Below are positions 38,533 to 51,442 of a stretch of DNA of 64,000 nucleotides, in pieces (the first letter of the stretch is position 1; each line of letters opens with the position of its first letter). The notes under the pieces are model-generated. The model was not told the origin of the DNA, ran no database searches, and was given only the letters and a program-made list of their open reading frames with translations. Position numbers and translations under genes: made by a program. Source of the DNA: Botryllus schlosseri (taxonomy: Eukaryota); NCBI GenBank assembly GCA_051294905.1, contig CM119371.1, positions 3,722,001 to 3,786,000 of the forward strand, given 5' to 3'.

Positions 38533-41500
38533 TAGTATAGAATTGATTAACCAATTGGCACTGGCGGGTTTTTCCGAAAAATTTTACTTCACTTTTCAAA
38601 ACTGAAAAACACGAACTCAATGGGATACATCGTTGGACTCAATATGTTAACACCTAATCAACTATGCCAAGAAGCGAGAGGAGATCAGTTCAACCGCGTG
38701 TGTATATAATCGAGAAGACAAGAAAACCTTGTTGTGAAAATGCACACGTTTCGGTTACTTCCTTATAGAGTCCACTACGTATACGCAGTGCTAAAAGGTA
38801 CATGCTGTTCGAACAAGACACGAGTGAATGCCTTCGCTCAACTTATGCAATCAATACTATCAAAACACCGCAGAGCGCTTGACCGTAATCATCAGTCTGA
38901 CTGATGCGTCAACAGGGTATTCAATATGATGTAGAACCGGCATCATATTGTTTCTGGTCGCATGGAATACAAATATTAGCACTTCCCACATTTCCATACT
39001 GTTGTGATAGCCCTACTCATGAATACTACAAGGGGATTGTCAGTGGTTACCAACTCTCACAAAGCCCCATGTTTCTGGGTTTCCCACAAGAATTGAACTT
39101 CAACACATGGTATAAGAGACCTTGACAGACGTATTGATGAAGAAATTGTTTGGTAACAATATAGTTCACAGAATTGTGTATATTCCATAAAATGCCCTTA
39201 CTAATTCTAATGTCTTGATATAATAAAAGGGTTTGTCGATTTAAAAGAGTTTAAAAGGCATTATGTTTACTATTGTTTCGAGTTACGGCGATGAATAAAT
39301 ATTCCTTTGTAAATTAACCGTTACTTTCTCATTGTGTATCCTCAATATATCCACTGAGAAACATGTATTAACACTGTGATTCATTACTTTCAACATAGAG
39401 TAAAAGTTGCGACAGCTTTTGTACAACGACTTGTCGCAGCTTCAAAAACATTATATTACGGCACATTATGCCAATAATATCGGGCACATATATAGGCCTA
39501 CCTCACCTCAAAACTAACGCATCAAAAATTAGAATTTCATATAAACGGAATATATGTAATAAATGGCTATCTCTGCTAATGTTACCCACTGCATGCTGTT
39601 AACAGCGCCCGAAAATAAATATCTCAAATCATCACAAATTTCTCCTACTGATCTGGAGAATAATTGCGAAATAAGTACTTCATGATACTAATTATATTCC
39701 CATTCGGGCTGACATTTAATTGCTGCGAATTCCAAGTTTGTAAATCCCACATTACCACAAATAACCTGCTTCAACGGCGTCCCTATCACTGTATTGTCCA
39801 TAGTTACATTGCGCCGACCAAGTAATAGCGTTCTTGGACAAGAATTCTACGCCCCATGCATTTCCATCGGTTACGCTGCTACGATCGCTGTGAAATATTG
39901 AAACACGATATCTGTCACAATCCAGAAATGCAGTCTAGCGTGCAAGCGCTTCGCTTATATTGAGAGTATATAATCACTGATGAATTTGCTTGGTATGTCT
40001 GAGTACGAGATATTGCACGGGTACTTCGAGAATCAAGACGCTGGTAAGTCGTTACGCGCATTGGTATTACCGTATTACTTAGGGTTACCATATTTCGGAA
40101 ATCTGAAAAGAGGACACTTTTCCAGAATTTTTGGACTTGCAATACCGGAGGGGAATCTTGAAATAATGGTAATTTTTTCACACTTCGTGGTCGATTGAAT
40201 AAAACAAAAGGGTCAACTTTCTCGCTCACCGACCAATATACAGCTTTTGCCTTCACATTGTCAGGTGGTTGATTATTTACGTCGTATTCCCCACTCACCA
40301 CAAAAAGAATTCGTGGATTTCTAGGATTTCTAGCATATTTCGTCAAAGCCATGGTTCTGCGTTACTTAGCAACGAGAGGCAATCAATGATTGTCAAGATA
40401 TAATTCATCTATTTATTCATTTACACGAGCCCAAAACTGTTTATCTCGATATTCTTTTGTTTCCTATTTTCTTTTGCCCTTTTCATTAAATCTAATTGAA
40501 AAGTCGATATATATATATATTTGCTGAAAGAACTTATTGTTTTATGAGGCCCCATCAATAATACTTTTTTCCAACTTCCTCATTAGATTGCCGGAACAAC
40601 GCAGCACAACATATGCGGTTACGAGCTATTTTGAAGTCGTTTTTTAAAAAAAGGTATTCAGGTTGGCAAATTTCATCATATCAGCATGATCAATGACCAT
40701 GACACCGTCTTCCTTAGATGCCTAAAATAACAGTAATCCATCATATTTTACTATTTGAGAGTGGACTGTAGCATATAGTGGTATTTTTACTGCACAATTT
40801 CGAACTTGTATACGACGTTGCATTCTCCGAATGATTATGACGTTAGCCAAGATCTGCTATAAGTTCACAGGCTTTTTGACGGTGAGTCACTGCGAACGAC
40901 TCATTTGCGTCCTCGTGTCCTTAATTCCCAGTTTACGCAATAACAGCCATTATACTTCATGCAAACACTCTTGATTTTTCGAAATGCAAAGCGAAATATG
41001 GATAATGATAGCTGAATATACTTTGGAAATTTGCAGGCATCAGTAGTGTCATAATTCATTTTATATTTCAATAATGGTTATGCTCACCCGACATGGGACA
41101 ATTAATCTCGATAAGTAATCGTAATCGATTACGACGATTACAGCGTTTTGAAGTAATCGCAATCGCAATCGCTTATATTCGAAAGAAATACGAAGTAATC
41201 GTAATCGTAATTGAATACTTCACATAATTATTCGATTTCTTTGAAAAATATAATGATTACCTTTTATTTGTACTAGGACTATGACATAAATTGAACATTC
41301 GTGAACGATGAGGAGATATTATACCATGTTTATTGATAGCGTCAACGTCCGATTTTCAAACGCCACTGCTCATTATTACGTCAGAAGTATTAGCTTTGCT
41401 CGTCATTTCGTAAACTGTATCAACTCAACACCTAGTAAATAGGTACTCGATGTACATTGTACATTGTAGTGTGATTGTAAGAACACTCGCCATGCTGTAT

Positions 41501-41640
41501 ATCAGGTTATCGATACACTTTAGAGGCCACTAGCTCGCAGCAAGAAAATAATCATCACTCCGCCTAGTTTCAAATATACTCAATTACTCATGTATTGATG
41601 TTGGACCGATGTTGCTTGGCTAGCAGTAGGCCTATGTACG

Positions 41641-42427
41641 CAGGACTTTGGAGCAGCCGTAAATTTAAACAGCTCCAGCTCCGGCTCCGGAGCTCTCTTC
41701 CATCAAACATTAGCTCCGGCTCCAGCTCCGGAGCCGCATTATTACCACTGCTCCGGCTCCAGCTCCGGCTCCGGCTCTGAAATTATCGAATGGTCCTGTC
41801 TATATCAGGGGTGGTCAACCCGCGGGCCAAATGTGACCCACGAGAGGGTTTTGCGTGGCCCACGAGGTAATTTCCTATTATATTATCGAAAATGAATGGC
41901 TCAGATTGAGAACTTGCAATGCCAACCAAAAATTACAATTCTGGCTGCGACACTTGGGATGTTGATGACTAACATATCAGTTCCGACGCATTGGCAGATC
42001 CAGGGCATAGGTTAGTTATCTATAGTAATCTAGAGTCTCTCAGCCATCAGTAACGTCCGATGTAGCAACGAAGACATATATATAGGTGCCGCCGTGCCGG
42101 CTTGTGACTTCATACTGAATACTTGTCAATTGTCGACACATCATAGTTGCAGTAAAACGCACTTTACTATATGCCATTGCTGTGCACAGCATTAAAATTT
42201 AGGCCTGCTGTTCAATTATGATAAATCAGCAGATGTGGTCGTTGCATATATAATAGCATCTTATGAAATAGGTCGGAGCCGGAGCTACTCCTCAAACAAC
42301 GAGCTCCAGCTCCGGCTCCGGCTCCGGCTGAATTTTATGTAGAGCTCCAGCTCCGGCTCCAGCTCCGGTGAAAATGCACGGCTCCGGGGCTCCGGCTCCG
42401 GGCTCCGGCTCCGTCTCCGAAGCCCTG
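41641..42427. mobile_element. hAT MITE with (GCTCCG)n subterminal repeats
   Basis: CAGG...CCTG termini; perfect TSD tatgtacg. Confidence 0.9.
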
Positions 42428-43388
42428 TATGTACGTGCGTAAGTACATCGGACAAAGATTTGAAATTTTTTACTCGTCAAAACCAACGGCTTCTGATATG
42501 TATCAGGACCGAGCAATTCTTTTCTGTTTCATTTAAGGTCAGCTTGCTGTGTCTGTGACAAGTGGATGGCAGAATTTTATGTCCACTTTATCTTTTACTC
42601 ATGCGGCTGTACTTGAAACGGGCGCCAATCGCTATTTAGCAATCCTTTACTCAACATTTGGACCTGCCGCCATAACCATCTGCTTATTCAACTAGTTAGC
42701 GTAGGTTGAGTTAAAATCAGGACCATAACAGCAATTCATCCACGACCACAAACGTTGGTCTTGGGCCCGACAGGGTCGTCAATTTGCAGGTCAATGACCG
42801 AATGTCTTCAGTAATGTTGATGATCGCATTATATTACCAATAATTGATAATCCTCTCTCAGCCCCCGATGGTCACATTTACCGTTAGAGCTGGGAGCACG
42901 TAATTCACAATTATAACATCTTATATGTTGTTATAATTACTTTATTGCATGTATTTCGTTACCTCCCGTCTGTTATATAATCAAAAGATATTGTGTATTC
43001 ATCCAAACGTATATCAGACTGAAAATTTCGCGAGACACGCACACAAATTGTAATGTCTTGATTCCTCTGTGGGGGTCCCGGGTGACATTTGTATTGTGTG
43101 GCAGTCACGCCCATCCAGCGTGGCTATATTCACAATGGACACATCCTAAAAGTTTCGGCGTAGGTCTTTCTTAGGTAACACACTTCGTGAAGTCGCTAGT
43201 GCGGAGCATGGACCGGAGCCGGATTGGTTATTGGATATTTTGAGGTCTGGATACACAATTCAGTCAAATAGAAATACTCTCACTGGAATCGGGTTGATTA
43301 TTTCGCCGTTGCCTTTTCCCGCTCGTGTTTTCAGTGCCGTGACAAAGTATCTGACTCACAGCAGCAAACGCGACTCGACAGTAGGCCT

Positions 43389-44307
43389 CAGTGTTGGGAT
43401 CAAGTCACTACCTTCGAGTCATGAGTCATTTCGAGTCATTGCACATTTTGACTCGAGTCAGGTCAAGTCAATAGATTTTCAAAGGTGACTCGAGTCAAGT
43501 CAAGTCACAAGTCAAGTCACATTTCAAGTCAAGTTGTCTTTTCGAAGTATGTATGAGGCATGATTACGTCATTGCAATTTGCTAGCTGTCTGAAATACAG
43601 TTTGAGTGGTCATTGATTCCAAACCGATGACTGAATATAGAGCTAAATATGCACGCAAGAAGACGCTGTGCCACTCACATATACGTAGAACTGTTAAACT
43701 ACGTAATTTCATAGCCACAGTTCATAGTTACCAGGCGGAATAGAGAATGGAGAAACGAGTTGATAAGCTGCAATACATTACTCATTTACAAATCGATATG
43801 ATACAATTCGAGCCTGCGCCAAGGGTTGAGGACTAAACGATATTCGAATTCTATTCCAATAAAATAATAGGTTTAGTTAAGGTAAGAACAGAGAACGGAA
43901 ATATACATTTTGCTATTTTATTACTTTACTACTAGAATTACGCCAACGTAAGCTGTAAGCTTCGATCACTTCGTTTGCGGTCAATTTATTCGTGAGAGAA
44001 CAAACGAGGTTCAGTGAAACGCACGGTCATTGAATGATTGGTCGCTCTCACGGTTTACACCAGCGTTTCGCGAACAATCCGAACATATGCAAGATACAGT
44101 GATTTTTATCGACACCGATTACTTGATGACTTGAAATTGACTCGTGCATTTTGGTCCGAGTCACGAGTCAATCCACATTTCTGATACGTGGAGTCAAGTC
44201 AAGTCAAGTCATTTTAGCAAAGTGACTCGAGTCAAGTCAAGTCATGCGAAAAATGTCACTCGAGTCTGACTCGAGTCAAAGTCATGACTCGAGTCATCCC
44301 AACACTG
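43389..44307. mobile_element. hAT MITE, same family as 20301-21215
   Basis: Perfect TSD gtaggcct; colinear with the 20301 copy. Confidence 0.92.
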
Positions 44308-44329
44308 GTAGGCCTACATCAAGTTGACA

Positions 44330-44541
44330 CTGGGGCTTCTCGAGGGGTAGGTCGTGGGTTCGATCCCCGGCCGAGTCATACCAAAGACTCGAAAATTTGT
44401 ATCCGCAGCTATTGCTAGGCGCTCAGCAACCACGGATAGCATGGAGGAGAAAAGAAACGGGGGCGCAGACTATAGATGACCTCACGGCCGTATCGCAACT
44501 CCGTCAAAGTATCTCGATGGTGCTAGGCGAGAATGAATATC
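44330..44541 (+). mobile_element. tRNA-derived SINE
   Basis: Pol III B-box GGGTTCGATCCCC followed by gagtcataccaaagact body and a simple-repeat tail; A-box not clear. Confidence 0.7.
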
Positions 44542-44677
<136 letters not shown>

Positions 44678-45260
44678 GACGAGGATGATGATTACAGCAG
44701 CTTCATCCGTCTCATTATTAACTGTGTAGAAAAACTTTCGTTTTATAATTCGACTCCAATGAAGACAAATGGAATTCACCTACCGAATCGTTGGGCGAGG
44801 CCGTTCACAATTACATTTGTGTGCCTTGCAGTCGAATTTTATCAGAATACACCAACGAAAACTATGTCAACAAAAGGAGTTCGTGTACCACCTAAAACTA
44901 GTACATTGAACGCTCTCTCATTCACGAAATTTCATGCTGGTGATGTCATATTTTGTGATTCGATTGTTGATATAAAATGTTCTTTCCAATTCTCTACTAG
45001 TTGCTGACGATTACCCCTGACGAGTGTCTGCCGAAAATATTCGGGTTCATTTCAATATGAATATACTATTCAATTGTATATTGAAGTTCTGTACCTCCAG
45101 GCCGCTCTTTTGATACATTTCGTGAATTTTAAAAAGTCAGCATGTACTTCAGTATGGTGGCATAATGTGGCTTGAGTCGTCGCTAGGTATCGTGTACGTA
45201 GGCACGTTGCATTTGGAACAAACAGTGTTTTAAAACACTTTGTTTAAAACACGTTTTAAA

Positions 45261-45700
45261 TAGGGTTACCATACGTCCTCTTTTAAGAGGATTTGTCCTC
45301 TTTTTTTACTTTTTTGAAAGTGTCTTCGGAGGACGCCCTTTTGTCCTCTTTTTTTAGATTTTGTCCTCTTCTTTGCAAATTCAGGTCAGATTTAGAGCAA
45401 ATTGCGAGTGATATGCCGTAAATTAGCACAGAAGTGACGCTCCGGCGGGTATTTCGGAGTGAAAAAACGGCGATTTCAGCTCTGAGCGAAAAGGTGTCCT
45501 TTTTTATAGTCATCAACCTAGAATTGTGGAGAAAAAAAACTGTATTTAGAGCTCTAAGCGGAAAGATGACTTTTTTTTTAATCAACCGATATCAAAGTGG
45601 GAAAAATTCACCGGCTTTTGAAAATTCTTCTCCGGTTTTGCAAGTCTCAAATTTCTGAAAAAGTGTCCTCTTTTTAGATTTCCAAACTATGGTAAGCCTA
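45261..45700. mobile_element. hAT MITE (TAGGGTTACC family)
   Basis: TAGGGTTACCATA...TATGGTAAGCCTA; TSD gttttaaa / gttttgaa; fragment also at about 40080-40270. Confidence 0.85.
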
Positions 45701-46596
45701 GTTTTGAACAGTGTTTAGGAAAAGGCCTGTTTAAAAAAACAAAATTGTGTTCTTTTCAGTTGTAAAATTTTGCCATAATTGTGTAAATACTTTACAAAAA
45801 CATATGTCGTGTGAGCCTACGGACAATTACCACCCGATTTAGCCGACGTATATCGATATGGGATGGTTGGAACCCTAAAAATAGTCGGTTCAACAGCAAT
45901 AGTACGTATATTTCGTCAAAGAAGCTATTTTAAAACTATATTTTTAAATGTCAATGTCTATCCACTGTGACGTCACTATTGAATATTCGTGACGTCGTGC
46001 CTTTAATAAAAACATAAAAACAATAAGAAACATGTTTTAAAGTAGGCCCTTATTGTTTTAATCATGTTTGTTTTAAATTGATTTTTGTTTTAAATCCAAC
46101 CCTATGTAGGTACATTTATACACCGCTTCACTGATATGTAAAGTTACGGACGCGACGAGAATGCATATCGGTGGGTGCGAGAAATCATCCCCTAACTTGG
46201 ACGATGTACCCATTATGTCGTAACAAGCAAATGACGTATCGTCTACAAACAAAGTTGTTATCACATTTTAGGCCTTCTGTCGCAATCCTCATATTGCCTT
46301 CAAAATATCTTCTAAGATTGGTTCTAAGAAGCAAAATAAATGTAATCTCGAGTATTCGTCATTACTTTTCCAATGTAATCGTAATCGATTACTTCCTGAT
46401 TGAAGAAACTCTTTGGGGTACAGAACTTTAATATACATTTTAATAATATATTCATAGTAAAATATATTAACCCTTTTGAAATCTCCAACTTTACCCTGAA
46501 TTTTAGTCGGTTCACTATAATTGAGATTTAGTCGCATCTGCATGCTCGATCGTGGCGTCTTTGGTATCATAGAAACAAGGAGATCGCCCTCTAGAG

Positions 46597-46912
46597 CAGT
46601 GGTTCCCAACGTGGGCGATTTGGCGATCTAGGGGGGCGAAAATGACGAAGGGGGCGACGGAGGCGAAAATAGCGAAGGGGGCGATGACACGTCAAAACGG
46701 CTGACCTTTTTTTTTTAGTCATCCACCTAGCAATGCTGAGAGAAAAACGTTATTTTCAGCTCTGAGCGGAGAAAGATGACCTTTTTTTTTAGTCAACCCG
46801 CCGGTGATTACAGTCTGTATGGCCAATTATCGGTGCACAAAAATTTGGGGGGCGATGATCGGCGTTGACCTTGAAAAGGGGGCGATGGGTCGAAAAACGT
46901 TGGGGACCACTG
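46597..46912. mobile_element. hAT (Charlie-like) MITE
   Basis: CAGTGGTTCCCAAC...GTTGGGGACCACTG; perfect TSD ctctagag. Confidence 0.92.
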
Positions 46913-48409
46913 CTCTAGAGTATTACGCCATCGAAAAAGCTATCCGCAAGGTGTATTATAGGGCTATTGGCTGTTGAAAGCGAAAATATTAAGTTTTCCT
47001 CAACAATTTTGTTTTTATAACTGCTGATGAACCCTGATAAACTGTTCTGCGGCATCAAACATGTTGCTATTTGAAAAGATAATTATCTTCTCTTCTCAGC
47101 GAAACATCAATGCTTTCTTTACCGTTATTTGTCTCGAAATAGTGTGTGAATTTATGACCTCGGTTTATAGAATTTCGGTAGGCCTGGTATCTCGATGCGA
47201 TGCCGAGTAATCAGCACGGCCGAGTGAACACTTCTTGAAATAGTGATTACGCGATGCCTACGCAATGTCGACGGCTGGTAGCTGTAGCTAGCTTGCGTTC
47301 AACGATACAGTCATTGGAGTGATTGGACACAAATCATAAAACAGATATGAACAAAACTTGAATGAATTGCCAAAAAACTATGTACATACATGATGCTCAC
47401 AAAATGAAATATTCATAACATAACAGGATTCGTGTTCAAGTCAAGAATAAAATTAGACTTTTTGGTGATAGAACATAAAGCATTTACGTTCCTTATTCAA
47501 GCCAAGATGAACCCCACAAATTATACACATGACGTTAGATCAGTAGTTGCCGAATGTTTTTGTGTCCTCTTTTGCCAACGCTTTCTGCTCCAAGCAATAA
47601 ACGCAGCATTTGCGCGATTCTTCGACGGAAGGTAGATGTGATAACGAAGTGTCGAATCGTAGCTCTTCATCCGGCCGCATACTATAATTGTCATACTATT
47701 TACCATGGTGAAATTTTTGAGACAAAACAACATCCACTCTAATGGCACTCTCTATCTATAAGCTACTTGCGGCCATTGTTTATAGTTACACTGAAAACAA
47801 CATAAAGTGGTCGGCCTCTAAGCATTGCTTCCTTGATTGCGTGTCGTAAAATCGTTAGTATTCATGAAGTGCGTGGCGTGTGCATATGATTTTGGTTTTA
47901 AATAAATCAGGGAATCACAGTCTTTTCAAATAATACCAGGGTACACGTGTTACACCTACACAAACTGTGATATAGCGAGATCAGTCGGCATATCTATTCA
48001 GACAATCTGCCGAAATATACTAATGCGATACTCACGAACGACCACCGCACTTATAAATGTTTGTGAACAGAAGTTATCTGACTTATACCTACAAATATTA
48101 TGATAAATAAATCAGAAGACTGCTGACTTTCAATAAATACTAACCTTGGCCAACTACCACGTATACATACGGAGAAATTTGCAAATAAAGTCTACCGACG
48201 ATTGGGGCCGAGATCCATGTCCACAGACTTCAAAAGGGTTAAAACCCGAAGCTTTTCGAGCTGACACTTTTCAAGGGCAATCGTCAGCAAATGGAGGATT
48301 TCAAAAACATGCATCTAGCTACATTGCAAACAACCAATTATGACGTCATAGAAACAAACAACATGAAATACAGGCAAACCGCGAGCGCAGCTAGTGGCCA
48401 ATTTTTAGA

Positions 48410-48562
48410 TTCACTAAAAATTCCTTCTGCTGACGAATCAAAATTCAAGACACTTGGTCCCGATGCGGAATTCGATAACATCGCCAAGATCGAAAGACGG
48501 ATACAGCGCCGACTATTCAACCTCAGGAAAAACGGCTCCATAACACCTGAGGTCTACGCCTC
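48410..48562 (+). mobile_element. Penelope-like retroelement RT remnant, 5' part
   Basis: DESKFKTLGP...DNIAKIERRIQRRLFNLRKNGSITPEVY is typical of the pre-RT region of Penelope elements. Confidence 0.75.
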
Positions 48563-48816
48563 TGTTATGTTCTTGATCTTGTTTGAACAATAACTCAATA
48601 CGACGAGGTTGCAATATGAAATCAGTATATTATCAGCAGAATAACTTTAAGGCAGCGACACGATCCAGAGTACAGGTAAACGAAAAGACCACGAGACAAC
48701 AAACACAGGATATAAATACAAGCACGACACACGAGAAAATAATGATTGGCGGTAATTACTAATCCTATAGAAAGAAAGAGTTGTACGACACCGAACGTAA
48801 ATGCACGAACATAACA
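48563..48816 (-). mobile_element. 3' LTR of the Gypsy element (254 bp)
   Basis: TGTTATGTTC...GAACATAACA 10-bp inverted termini; preceded on minus by polypurine tract AGGGGAGGA just after the integrase stop. Confidence 0.9.
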
Positions 48817-48849
48817 GTCCTCCCCTGTAAGTTAGAGGGTTGCCCACAT

Positions 48850-50139
48850 TTACGGTCTATAGAAATCGGTGGGTTTCCTATTTCTAAGAGGATAACGTCT
48901 GCCCGACGATCGAGCAGGACTAGCTGCAGGACGTTGTGCCCTATTCCTAACCAATGGTTGCTCAGCTTGCGACTGCCGAGGCTGAGCAACTTCCTGTGTG
49001 GCTATATTATTGCCAGCTGAAATCAAGCGTGGTTGGAGTTGGTTTTTGTGCCTTCTCCAATACCCATGATCCGTTTTAACAATGTACACAACACGCCCCA
49101 GTATTTCCGTCACCACGCCAGCAACCCACTTTGGTCCGCTTCGGTAACTGCGAGCGTAAACCGAGGAACCAATCTCGAAATGAGTGACTGATTGTCTAGG
49201 CGTAACGGGTTTCGATTTATCGAAGGGCGAGCACAAACTTAACAAATTGCGCGGCTGTCGACCATGTAAAATCTCGGCAGGCGTTTTCCAGTCTATGCCC
49301 GGGTGCGGTGCACATCGGTAAGTAGCGAGAAGTGTTTGGAGCGCGAAGTTAATATCTTTTCCCCCGTCGCAATTTTTTATCAATCCAGCTTTCAAAGTCT
49401 GGACGAAACGCTCCGCTTCCCCGTTTGATGCAGGGTGAAAAGACGGTGATACGATATGGCTGATTGCCAAATTAGAGCAAAACGTATCGAATTCATTCGA
49501 TGTGAATTGCGGCCCGCCATCCGCGACAATTGTTACGGGCAAGCCTTCAATAGAAAAGACTTCTCGCAAAGCGTTGACAACACACAAGGTTGTGGTAGAT
49601 CCGACATTCATTACTTTAACGAAAGGATATTTCGAATGCGCATCGACGATGACAAGAAACATTTTGTTGTTTATTGGACCTGCGAAATCCAAGTGAATTC
49701 GATCAAAGCTTTCGGAAGTTTTGGGCCATTCGCGATACTGACGATCAGGCGCTTTCATTACCTTACGGCAAGCGTCGCAACTCTTAACGAGATTTTCAAT
49801 GTCGCGATTAATGGAAGGCCATGCGATGTAACGTCGAGCCATCTGCTTCATTTTCGCGATACCCCAATGTCCTTCGTGCAACAATGATAAGACTCGCGAG
49901 CGAAGTGACTGCGGAATTACTACGCGCTGAAAACCATCAATATTGAGCATGACTATGTCTTCGTGCAGAGAAAGCGAATGTTTGCGAGTCGAAAACCAAG
50001 AAAAATCATCAATGTGCGTCTTTGGATTCCAATTACCATGAGTGACAGATAATTTTACTAGTTTCATGGTTTTGTCCTTCAGCGTCGCGTCGCGAATTTC
50101 ATTGCGAGTTAACGGTAAGCCATCGAATGCCAGTAACAA
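48850..50139 (-). CDS. Gypsy LTR retrotransposon pol C-terminus (integrase), 5'-truncated
   Basis: HHCC zinc finger (LHEGHWG...CDAC), D-D-E core (HLDFAGP, VADGGPQF, NGEAERFV), open 429-aa frame. Confidence 0.95.
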   Translation of the reverse strand: MLLAFDGLPLTRNEIRDATLKDKTMKLVKLSVTHGNWNPKTHIDDFSWFSTRKHSLSLHEDIVMLNIDGFQRVVIPQSLRSRVLSLLHEGHWGIAKMKQMARRYIAWPSINRDIENLVKSCDACRKVMKAPDRQYREWPKTSESFDRIHLDFAGPINNKMFLVIVDAHSKYPFVKVMNVGSTTTLCVVNALREVFSIEGLPVTIVADGGPQFTSNEFDTFCSNLAISHIVSPSFHPASNGEAERFVQTLKAGLIKNCDGGKDINFALQTLLATYRCAPHPGIDWKTPAEILHGRQPRNLLSLCSPFDKSKPVTPRQSVTHFEIGSSVYARSYRSGPKWVAGVVTEILGRVVYIVKTDHGYWRRHKNQLQPRLISAGNNIATQEVAQPRQSQAEQPLVRNRAQRPAASPARSSGRRYPLRNRKPTDFYRP

Positions 50140-50140
50140 T

Positions 50141-50260
50141 TGGTGTCAGAAGTCGGATTCATATTTATTTCTGCGACTGAGATACAGCATGGATTCAGGT
50201 ATAATGAAGCTTCTAGAGAAGCAGCAGGAAATGATGGCGAGTCTACATGAAACGATGGGT
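50141..50260 (+). mobile_element. Gypsy primer-binding site (tRNA-Leu type) and gag start, inverted relative to the integrase
   Basis: TGGTGTCAGAAGT PBS preceded by TAACA-AT, then MDSGIMKLLEKQQEMMASLHETMG. Confidence 0.75.
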
Positions 50261-50281
50261 TAGGGTTAGGGTTAGGGTTAG
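50258..50281 (+). repeat. Interstitial telomeric repeat (GGGTTA)4
   Basis: gggttagggttagggttagggttag. Confidence 0.9.
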
Positions 50282-50447
50282 ATCGGCGCAGCACAAGCTC
50301 GCGAAGTGGCTTCGGTATTTTGGAACCAGTGCGTTCCATGTATGATTCGCATTGCGTCGCTGATTCGTTTACATTCGCGCACGAGATGAAAACCATCACC
50401 GACTTTCCAAACTCGAATATGTTTCTTGGTTCATATGATATCGTTAG
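50281..50447 (+). mobile_element. Penelope-like retroelement RT remnant, 3' part
   Basis: SAQHKLAKWL, frameshift, ILEPVRSMYDSHCVADSFTFAHEM...FLGSYDIVS (RT motif A region). Confidence 0.8.
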
Positions 50448-50935
50448 CGAAGATTCTATCTACTTGAGTAAGTACCAGAAGTAGTGGAAAACTACTTGAG
50501 TACTTCTAAAAAGTAGAAGTACTTCGTTACTGACCCCCTCTGCAATTAGTTATATAAACAACCAAATGTGGTTAGCAAGAGATGGCAGCGTTGTTCACCA
50601 GGAGCATCTATATTCCATTGCGAAATATTTTCCAGTAGCACGGAGTTGGTTTATTCACTATATTCGTGAGGCCAGGTATTACTAATTAGGAGAACACATT
50701 TGTGCTAAAGTTTTGAGTCATGTGACAAGGTCGAGTAATACGAAACGACTCGAAAGTCATTTTCAGCATTAACGAAATTGACTCAGATCAAGTCGAATCA
50801 CCAAAAAATCGCGACCGTGTAGCAAACAGTGCTGCCACGTGCTGTACATGTATCAGGTTGGTTGTGTATAGCGTTGGCAGAAAATACCAACTACAAACTC
50901 AGTCGCACTTGGTACGTTTTTCAAGTACAACTTAC

Positions 50936-51442
50936 TGGAAGAGGCGCGAGCGTATTTCAAAACGAGATCACAAAACAATCTGTATCTGCCAGTAGCGTCT
51001 TCCTTGATTTCCTGGCGTCTCCCACGAAGGCTGTCTATTCTTGCTTGCCTTTTACACTCAATTGTTTTTCGTGACTTTCCGCTGCTTGGAATCGCTGTCG
51101 AGTTTTCTGCTACGTTGCACTTGTGCCACATTCTTGCTCTTTCCCGTTTCGTATGATTCGTCAACGCTGGGCGCCGTACTGACTTTGCCTTGAAACGGAA
51201 GTATAGTCGCATCTGAGGAATACGTGGATCGAATGTTCGTTTTTTCCATTCTGCAACCTAGAGTTTTATAACGTTCTCTGTCTTTTCATGCGAGCGACTG
51301 AATATTCCGATCACTTTCTCTTGAAACTTGGCGGTTTGGGTTTGATTCAACATTGGTTTCATTCGACGAGTCAATTTCCTTCTCTTAGCTTCTGCTTTGT
51401 TAGGAATTTCGCTTTATGGTGTTTTTGATTTCGGGAGCTTCC
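50936..51442 (-). pseudogene. RBM28: RBM28-like basic C-terminal exon remnant
   Basis: Acceptor cttttag| is phase-compatible with the RRM4 exon; K/R-rich with stops; ends LFCDLVLKY; donor A|GTAAGT. Confidence 0.45.

Noticed and set aside
39915..40352. 145-aa ORF with a good ATG context
   Set aside because: Its middle (about 40080-40270) is a fragment of the TAGGGTTACC MITE family; no recognisable domain.
41595..42516. PEPEP and GAGAG ORFs
   Set aside because: Subterminal GCTCCG repeats of a hAT MITE.
44345..44375. tRNA gene
   Set aside because: Only a B-box/T-arm is visible, with no cloverleaf; it continues into a SINE body and tail.
49456..49887. 143-aa plus-strand ORF
   Set aside because: Antisense shadow of the integrase.
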